Origin: a virus
DNA: 64,000 nt
Reading direction: 5' to 3' (one strand)
Virus record (IMG/VR): IMGVR_UViG_3300027971_000047
Coordinates: 6,639 to 70,638 of that record
This document shows positions 57,762 to 64,000 of this stretch, piece after piece. The notes beneath the pieces were generated by a model that was not told where the DNA came from, did no database searches, and worked only from the letters and a program-made list of their open reading frames with translations. The stretch's first letter is position 1; each line of letters starts with the position of its first letter. The position numbers and the translations under genes were made by a program.

Positions 57762-59629
57762 TGATAGATAATAAATTTAGATTAAAATTAGAAAATATAG
57801 AATTGGTTATAGCCAAGCACGGAGACCACGACCAAAGTTCTCATGGCTCATGGGCGCAAGGGCTTCAGGTAGCCCCTGAGATAGTCCGCTCGACCCTTGA
57901 GAGCGTCAAAGCCAATGGAGGGCTAACCGTTGATATGAAGGACGGCTCCAGCCCTAAAGACGGCTTTATGGTGGCTAAGGGCAAGAAGTTCGCGGCGATA
58001 GTCAAGGCTGATGACTTTTTTAATGAGGCTAAAGGCGCTGAGATTCTTTCCTCCTACATGAAACAGCATAAATCTGAGTTCAATAATTCGAATAACTACC
58101 TAGGGTTATGGCACAATACGGATGATGGACAGGTCTACCTTGATGTATCAGAAAACATTAAGGACGAGGGAGAGGCTATCTCTCGGGGTCGTGAACGCGA
58201 CCAAATCTCAATATGGGATGTAGCGAACTTAAAAGAAATAGAAACAGGAGGAACAGGTGGCATCAAAAAAACTCGAAGCGGTACAACTGCCCGATATGTC
58301 GAACATGACGGACGAGCAGATAGACGCTTACGCCAAAGAGATTTGGGCAAAGTTAGCAAAACCCTCAAAGTAATTTACTTTGATTATGGTTTGAAACCCG
58401 TACTAAAACACGGTGAGCATGACCAGTCCGAACACGGTAACTGGGCTAGAGGCTATACGGCTGATGAAATATCTCGTATTGAAGCAATGGATAAAGTTGG
58501 TCCATCAATCGATGAATTAAATACTTTATTAAAAGGCAAAAAAGAATATACCGACGAAGATAAAACTCTTGTCGTAGAAAACGATTCTGACCTTTATGCG
58601 GATGCGACTTCAGGTATTGATGAATTAGTTGCATATCGTCTAAAAAACCTTCAAGAAGAATTTCCTAATCACGAATACACAGAACAAGAAAAAACAACTA
58701 TCTATGAAAATGTACAAAATGAAATGGTTGCTACCTATGTAGAGTCTAATAGTGAAACCCTAGACGAATACCTTCAAGCAAGCGATGGAGATGTTCCCGA
58801 CACCGAATCAGCGATGTACGCATTGCAGGATGTTTTTGGTGTGAGCCATACTGGAACAAGTATCAACGGAGAAGAAATAACTCTTAGTGCGAATGTTAAT
58901 GATGTTAGTGCCGACGGCTACAACATTTACATTAGAGGAGATGTTATCAACCAAGAAGGAAATTTGGCTGGAGAATTTGAACGCCGATTTTTTCAAAAAG
59001 ATGGAGTTTGGAATGTTGAACACTCAGTCTTGCGCTTAGACGAGGACCATATAGGTACAGGTTTTGGCAAAGCATTTATTGAACAATCAGAGGCTTGGTA
59101 TACCGCTAAAGGCTTTGGCTATATCGAAGTTGGAACTGCATGGGATGGCGCTCGCCATTGGGCAAGAGCAGGTTACGACTGGAAGCCTGACAGAGTGCAA
59201 GAAAACTTAGATAACATCTCTCAAAAAGTTGCCTCTATGGTTGATGACGATAGTGGTTGGTTTGCTGAAGGCTCCCCTGAAAGAGCCGAGTTTGATACTT
59301 TAATGTCAAGAGCAACAAATGATTATTCTCCTTATTTTGAGGATGAAAGTGGATATAAATATCCTGCTTTTGGCTCAGTCAAAGATTTGAAAGAAGATGA
59401 TTTTCCACTACCCGCTCATTTTGCAAACATAGGATATTCAAAAGAAAAAGCAGAGGCGACTGGAACTTGGGCTGGAAAAGAATTGATGTATGACTTAAGA
59501 ATGAAATATACAAAGTCATTGACTGCTGAAGGTCAAAAACTTCTTCGAGGACCTATTGACCTTGATGGAGATGGCTTAATTTATGACGGAACAGCCCGTG
59601 AAAAACCAGCACCTACAAAAAAGAACTAA
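57761..59629 (+). CDS. Polyprotein: unknown domain + GNAT-like domain
   Basis: YLGLW...G.VYLDVS...Q.SIWD domain; HIGTGFGKAF...GARHWARAGY; two KHG.HDQ motifs; DLDGDG tail. Confidence 0.7.
   Translation: MIDNKFRLKLENIELVIAKHGDHDQSSHGSWAQGLQVAPEIVRSTLESVKANGGLTVDMKDGSSPKDGFMVAKGKKFAAIVKADDFFNEAKGAEILSSYMKQHKSEFNNSNNYLGLWHNTDDGQVYLDVSENIKDEGEAISRGRERDQISIWDVANLKEIETGGTGGIKKTRSGTTARYVEHDGRADRRLRQRDLGKVSKTLKVIYFDYGLKPVLKHGEHDQSEHGNWARGYTADEISRIEAMDKVGPSIDELNTLLKGKKEYTDEDKTLVVENDSDLYADATSGIDELVAYRLKNLQEEFPNHEYTEQEKTTIYENVQNEMVATYVESNSETLDEYLQASDGDVPDTESAMYALQDVFGVSHTGTSINGEEITLSANVNDVSADGYNIYIRGDVINQEGNLAGEFERRFFQKDGVWNVEHSVLRLDEDHIGTGFGKAFIEQSEAWYTAKGFGYIEVGTAWDGARHWARAGYDWKPDRVQENLDNISQKVASMVDDDSGWFAEGSPERAEFDTLMSRATNDYSPYFEDESGYKYPAFGSVKDLKEDDFPLPAHFANIGYSKEKAEATGTWAGKELMYDLRMKYTKSLTAEGQKLLRGPIDLDGDGLIYDGTAREKPAPTKKN
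58257..58373 (+). CDS. Overprinted 38-aa ORF (+1 frame), candidate immunity peptide
   Basis: AGGAGG 5 nt before GTG; ...MSNMTDEQIDAYAKEIWAKL. Confidence 0.5.
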   Translation: MASKKLEAVQLPDMSNMTDEQIDAYAKEIWAKLAKPSK

Positions 59630-59648
59630 ACTAGGGTATAATTAGGTT

Positions 59649-59804
59649 ATGAGCAGACGAGAGACACAAAAGGCTATCCAAGAGGCTTATTCCAAATGGT
59701 CCGAAAAGGTTGAGTTCACCTCTGATACTGGTGCATCTAACGAGGACGAATTAAAGATTATGGATGAAATTTCAACCATACTTCAAGGAAATAAACCCGA
59801 GTAG
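59649..59804 (+). CDS. Small 51-aa protein, candidate immunity/partner
   Basis: TATAAT 6 nt before ATG; same position as 1163..1309. Confidence 0.55.
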   Translation: MSRRETQKAIQEAYSKWSEKVEFTSDTGASNEDELKIMDEISTILQGNKPE

Positions 59805-59829
59805 TAATACCATCCGCTACTCTTAGAAC

Positions 59830-61347
59830 ATGGCGGATATTGCACCCAAACTAATTCATCTAAGCGTTGAGGAACTACTCGCGCTCCACACGAATGTCCA
59901 TAAATCAGCGTCTCCAACCTCGGCTGAAATCGAGGTTCACCATACTGTTCTTAACGAGATGGCTAGACGCAAGATGGAACGCCCAAAGGATGACTGGGAT
60001 AGATACGAAATTCTTATTGATTCAATCGATGATGTAGACCTAACGACAATGGCTGGATTGCCAGCCGAGACAGTCCTAGATGTCATTAAAGCCACGGGCG
60101 ACACCGTGGGTAACATCAAAACTTTCTTTACAGTCAATGGCTATCAAATGCGAATTGAATCAGTTGAAAAAGCCGAGGATAGTTTTACGCCTCCTCAATC
60201 AGTAAGAGATGCGGCGCAACGAGCAATTGAATGGATTGATAAAGGTTTTGCTGGTGATGGATTTACTTCAGTCGGTAGAACTAGAGCGGGTCAATTAGCC
60301 CGTGGTGAAAGTGTTTCTATCCAAACCTTAAAGCGTATGAAATCTTTTCTTTCTCGACACAAAGTTGATGGACAAGCCCTTGGATTTAATCGTGGTGAAA
60401 AAGGATTCCCTAGCGCTGGTCGAGTGTCATGGGACGCTTGGGGCGGAGACGCTGGATTCGCTTGGGCAGAATCGATGGTGGATAGATATGAAAACGCAAT
60501 GGAAAAGCACGGAGACCATGACCAATCAAGTCATGGAAGTTGGTCTACTGGAACTGGTGGTGGAGAAGATAAGGGTTCGACTGGTCGCCCCGCTATGGCT
60601 TCAGATAAACCTGCATCCTCAGAGCGAAGCCCTGAAGCAGTTAAACAAGCCGAACGAATCAGAAGAGACGCTGAAGCAGTTGAGCCAGTAGTCACCTCTT
60701 TGATGGAGGGTATTGCTAAAAGTATCGATGCTGATTTTGCTGAATTAAATGGCAAAAATTCTCTTGTACAAAGATTAAAGTCCACAGATTCTCTTGCTCG
60801 CAAGATTGACCAAGATGCCGAGAAAGACCACGGCGGAGATAGAGAGAAAGCGGCTAACTCAATTTCTGATGCTGTTCGCTATACACTTAATGTTGATGAA
60901 AATAATTACACGGATGGTGTAGAAAAAACAGTTAAGGCTGTTGAGCAAACTGGTTGGAAAGTTGATTCAGTTAAAAACTTTTGGCAAGCAGGTGACCCTT
61001 ATGACGGCACTAACATTAAAATTAGTAAAGAGGGAGTTAAAGTTGAACTACAACTACACACACCGTCATCTCACAAAATTAAAGAAGTAGATTTACATGA
61101 TTCTTATGAGAAATACCGTGTATCCAAAGACAACACAGAGCGTAAATCTTTATGGGATGGAATGGTTGAAAAGGCTCGAGCAATCCCTAGACCAGCCAAT
61201 ATGGGCAAACTATTGACCATTGGAACGCTAGTGACACAGACTTTTGAGACCGCTCAACAAGCAGGTTTGGTAAAATCAACGGGGGTTGATATAATGTGGA
61301 GAATAACGAGAGGAGGTATAGCCGTATGCGGTATTTCGCAAAATTAG
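59830..61347 (+). CDS. Head-module polyprotein with RelA/SpoT-like domain (shorter allele of 1341..3542)
   Basis: RLKSTDSLARK, DAVRY, YDGTN, ELQLHT; lacks the ParB-like module. Confidence 0.78.
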   Translation: MADIAPKLIHLSVEELLALHTNVHKSASPTSAEIEVHHTVLNEMARRKMERPKDDWDRYEILIDSIDDVDLTTMAGLPAETVLDVIKATGDTVGNIKTFFTVNGYQMRIESVEKAEDSFTPPQSVRDAAQRAIEWIDKGFAGDGFTSVGRTRAGQLARGESVSIQTLKRMKSFLSRHKVDGQALGFNRGEKGFPSAGRVSWDAWGGDAGFAWAESMVDRYENAMEKHGDHDQSSHGSWSTGTGGGEDKGSTGRPAMASDKPASSERSPEAVKQAERIRRDAEAVEPVVTSLMEGIAKSIDADFAELNGKNSLVQRLKSTDSLARKIDQDAEKDHGGDREKAANSISDAVRYTLNVDENNYTDGVEKTVKAVEQTGWKVDSVKNFWQAGDPYDGTNIKISKEGVKVELQLHTPSSHKIKEVDLHDSYEKYRVSKDNTERKSLWDGMVEKARAIPRPANMGKLLTIGTLVTQTFETAQQAGLVKSTGVDIMWRITRGGIAVCGISQN

Positions 61348-62057
61348 GCGCAAACAACGAAGCGATAAACATTTATCGTTTTGAGGTAGGCGAGACGACC
61401 ATTACTGAGGACAGATGGGACATTCGAAGCAAGGCTTGGGTGGATAACCCTGATAGCGATGTTGTCGGCTATCTAACTCAAGGCGAGGGAGAATTCCAAG
61501 AAGTTACCGAGGATGTAGCCCGTCAAATTTTTCCTGATGTGTTTACCGAAGATGCTACAAAGTCTTTAGGTAAGTTTGATTTACAGAAAGCCGAAGGGGA
61601 GAAGCGTTACACACTTGGCGCAATGTATATCCCTGATATGGAAGATGCTCATGGAGAGTGGACAGATTCAGATGAATTACAAAAAGCAGTTTGGGATTAT
61701 GTAAAAAGTAATGACCGTCGTATTCGTTTACAACACAATAGAGATGTAGTTGCTGGAGAATGGGTAGAAGTTATGGCTTTCCCATATTCATTAACAGTTC
61801 CAATTAAAACACCTGAAGGTCAAGATTTAGAACACACATATCCACCTAATACAGTTTTCCTTGGTGTCATTTGGGAGCCTTGGGCATGGAACATGGTTAC
61901 CGAAGGAAAGATTCGTGGCTATTCAATTGGTGGTAAAGCAGAGCGTTTATTCGTTGATATAGACTTAGAAAAGAACGAGCCAACTGTGTCCGATGTACAT
62001 GTTGATACAATAATGTCACCGTCAAAGAAAAAACCAAAGAAAGTAGAAACCGTATGA
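61326..62057 (+). CDS. XkdF-like prohead protease with N-terminal extra domain (allele of 3547..4260)
   Basis: DAHGEW, LQHN, GYSIGG; GAGAGGAGG RBS. Confidence 0.75.
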   Translation: MRYFAKLGANNEAINIYRFEVGETTITEDRWDIRSKAWVDNPDSDVVGYLTQGEGEFQEVTEDVARQIFPDVFTEDATKSLGKFDLQKAEGEKRYTLGAMYIPDMEDAHGEWTDSDELQKAVWDYVKSNDRRIRLQHNRDVVAGEWVEVMAFPYSLTVPIKTPEGQDLEHTYPPNTVFLGVIWEPWAWNMVTEGKIRGYSIGGKAERLFVDIDLEKNEPTVSDVHVDTIMSPSKKKPKKVETV

Positions 62058-62488
62058 AAAAAGATTCACGGATGTTAGCGGAACTTCGCAAAGGACCTTT
62101 GGCTGGTATGGACGAGGACGAGTTCAAGATGATTGAAGAAGATGTAAAAAAGTTTGGTTTCAAAGGACTTAGTGGTTACGCAAAATCAACAGTTCAACGG
62201 GCAATACGCCTAATGGGTGGAGAGATTAACAAAGCAATAAAAAGCAAACTATTAGCATTTGAAAAAAATGTTTCAGTTGGAGATAGAGTTTCATGGAACG
62301 CATCAGGTGGAACAGCCGAAGGTAAAGTTTTAAGAATTGAACGCTCAGGAAAAATCAATGTTCCTGATTCATCATTTGAAATTGAAGGCTCAGAAGATGA
62401 CCCAGCCGCGTTAATTGTTTTATACCGTGATGGTAAACCAACTGATACTAAAGTTGGACATAAAGTTTCAACACTAAAAAAAAAGTAA
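62054..62488 (+). CDS. HVA1/DUF2945-like Tudor domain protein
   Basis: Allele of 4257..4661; ends in A AAA AAG TAA. Confidence 0.55.
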   Translation: MKKDSRMLAELRKGPLAGMDEDEFKMIEEDVKKFGFKGLSGYAKSTVQRAIRLMGGEINKAIKSKLLAFEKNVSVGDRVSWNASGGTAEGKVLRIERSGKINVPDSSFEIEGSEDDPAALIVLYRDGKPTDTKVGHKVSTLKKK

Positions 62489-62697
62489 TTCTTGAGAAGC
62501 ACGGCGACCATGACCAGTCGAGTCATGGTTCTTGGCGTAATGGAGATGACTCTGAGGGTGAAGATTCATCTGAACCAAAAAATCCAAAACAAAACTTTGT
62601 TCCTTACAAAGATGATTCTGAAGAAGAGTTTGAAGAATTAGATGCTGATGACCCTAGATGGATGGACACAATGGATTATCCAAGGAAAAAGAAGTAA
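62482..62697 (+). other. -1 frame extension with KHGDHDQSSHGSW motif
   Basis: A AAA AAG slippery heptamer; open -1 frame homologous to 4649..4894. Confidence 0.7.
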
Positions 62698-62963
62698 TGC
62701 CAAGCGTTATTGATGACACAATACAAGTTCTTAAATCTATGGGCATTTCTTCTTATCGAGTTTCAACCCCGCCTGGGTATGCAGGAATCCAAGTAAATCT
62801 ACCTAATGATTCTCAAGCATTTTTTGTTTGGACAAAAATAGACCAAACTGATTTTCATTTTAGGTTGGCTCGGTTTTGGGCTAATGAGAACCCTTTTTCA
62901 ATGTGGGTTTCACCTAATTTAATCGAAGCCCTAACCAAGACAAGGGTTTTAGCAAACCAATAA
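62697..62963 (+). CDS. Hypothetical protein (allele of 4891..5154)
   Basis: TAATG coupling; conserved sequence. Confidence 0.8.
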   Translation: MPSVIDDTIQVLKSMGISSYRVSTPPGYAGIQVNLPNDSQAFFVWTKIDQTDFHFRLARFWANENPFSMWVSPNLIEALTKTRVLANQ

Positions 62964-63068
62964 ATAGGCTCGAATTACACCTATGGTATTCTTTGTCTGT
63001 CAAGACCCGAGGTTAGTTTTATTAGCCCTATGCTAAAAAGACTCACCTCTAGTTTGTTAGGAGCATAA

Positions 63069-63878
63069 ATGTCAAAACCCCGTACCCGCAAAATGGTGAA
63101 TTTAGCCATCGAAGAAACGAGTGGAGTAGACCATCCAGCGCACTTACATGAAGGTTGGCTTGTAATGAAGTCAGCATCCGAATCTGAAGTTCAGAGGGTT
63201 CTCGACAAATCGCTGACCAAGGAGGACTCCAACATGGAGGATATGAAAACTACCGAGGCAACTGAAGTTAAGGTTGAAAAAACCGTTGAGGAACAATTAG
63301 CGGCGGCAGATGCCCGTATCGCTGAACTCGAGGCACAACTCGCCGAAAAAAACCAAAAGCCTGAAATAGAAGAATTAAAGATGGCGATGAACGAGGACTC
63401 AATGAAACCTAAAGTGGATGAGGAATATATGAAATCCGCTCCCGAATCAGTTGTTAAAATGATTACAGACTTGAAAAAGCAAGCAGAGGAGGCAACCGCT
63501 GAACTTCGTAAAGAGCGTGAAGCCCGTGCCGATGCTCAATCAGTTGAAAAAGCAAAGGGTTGGGCTAATCTCAATCTTAATGCTGAAAAAGTTGGACCAG
63601 CGCTTCGTCGTTTGTCTGAGACAGATTCAGAACTAGCAAAGAGTGTTGAAGAGATTCTTTCTTCAGTCAATGCTCAGGCTGAGTCAGCATCAATTTTTGC
63701 AGAAATCGGCAAATCTGCGGACTTCAAATCAGGTAATGCTTATGAGCGTATGACTACGCTTGCTAAGTCTGCCGTTGATGAGGGTGCATCAAAGTCAATG
63801 GCTCAAGCCATTGCCGATGTTGCGTTAAACAACCCTGACCTTTACAGCCAATATCTAACCGAGAAGGGTGCTAAGTAA
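63069..63878 (+). CDS. Capsid scaffolding protein (allele of 5258..6085)
   Basis: Near-identical N- and C-terminal parts, variable middle. Confidence 0.7.
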   Translation: MSKPRTRKMVNLAIEETSGVDHPAHLHEGWLVMKSASESEVQRVLDKSLTKEDSNMEDMKTTEATEVKVEKTVEEQLAAADARIAELEAQLAEKNQKPEIEELKMAMNEDSMKPKVDEEYMKSAPESVVKMITDLKKQAEEATAELRKEREARADAQSVEKAKGWANLNLNAEKVGPALRRLSETDSELAKSVEEILSSVNAQAESASIFAEIGKSADFKSGNAYERMTTLAKSAVDEGASKSMAQAIADVALNNPDLYSQYLTEKGAK

Positions 63879-63879
63879 A

Positions 63880-64000
63880 ATGGCATTTGAATTTAGTAAT
63901 TATTCAGTAAAAATTACAAGAGTTGCTGGCGCTGACTTATCAGCCCTTCAATACACTTTTGTAAAATTAAGTACAACTGACACAGTTGTTACTTGTTCAG
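63880..64000 (+). repeat. Exact repeat of 6089..6209 (start of decoration gene, truncated by window end)
   Basis: 121 nt identical by direct comparison. Confidence 0.95.

Larger units (their letters stand above)
1..64000. mobile_element. Tailed bacteriophage genome (siphovirus-like, probable actinobacterial host), more than one unit length
   Basis: Terminase, portal, MuF, protease, MCP, neck, tail tube, tape measure, lysis and replication genes all present; WhiB-like genes; no host housekeeping genes; no integrase seen. Confidence 0.95.

Noticed and set aside
55765-62535. KHGDHDQ-coding DNA repeats as a CRISPR array or recombination-site array
   Set aside because: Copies are in-frame coding, differ at synonymous positions, are spaced hundreds to thousands of nt apart, and no cas or recombinase gene is present
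63880-64000. Direct terminal repeat of a linear genome
   Set aside because: The match is to internal 6089-6209 and runs to the window edge; upstream flanks are divergent alleles, so it marks a second pass through the genome
1-64000. tRNA genes, integrase, att site or host DNA
   Set aside because: None recognised by eye; a temperate lifestyle cannot be supported from this window

Overview
The window is a tailed (siphovirus-like) dsDNA phage, most likely infecting low-GC freshwater Actinobacteria (two WhiB-like genes, actinobacterial-type transglycosylase, many leaderless -10/ATG starts). It covers more than one genome length: 63880-64000 is identical to 6089-6209 (unit about 57.8 kb), while 1-6088 and about 58480-63879 are two clearly divergent alleles of the same head-module segment. 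Order: head genes (protease, scaffold, decoration, MCP), fibre-like genes, neck/tail, lysis, recombination/replication, DNA modification, terminases, a 16.5 kb early/accessory region, portal, MuF. The most striking system lies between MuF and the scaffold: polyproteins of toxin-like enzyme domains (two ADP-ribosyltransferases, GNAT-like domains, ParB-like domain, RelA/SpoT-like synthetase, unknown domains), each introduced by a repeated K-H-G-x-H-D-Q-x-x-H-G-x-W peptide (10 copies), with small candidate immunity peptides that are separate, overprinted or fused to the next gene, a conserved -1 frameshift, and a protease tail that copies the capsid N-terminus. Also notable: a C5 methyltransferase with Arg at the motif X Asn next to a CmoA-like gene (candidate DNA carboxymethylation) and a repeated AAC-N4-GTT / -10 / RBS-hairpin regulatory unit. 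All family calls are by eye from motifs; no searches were run.
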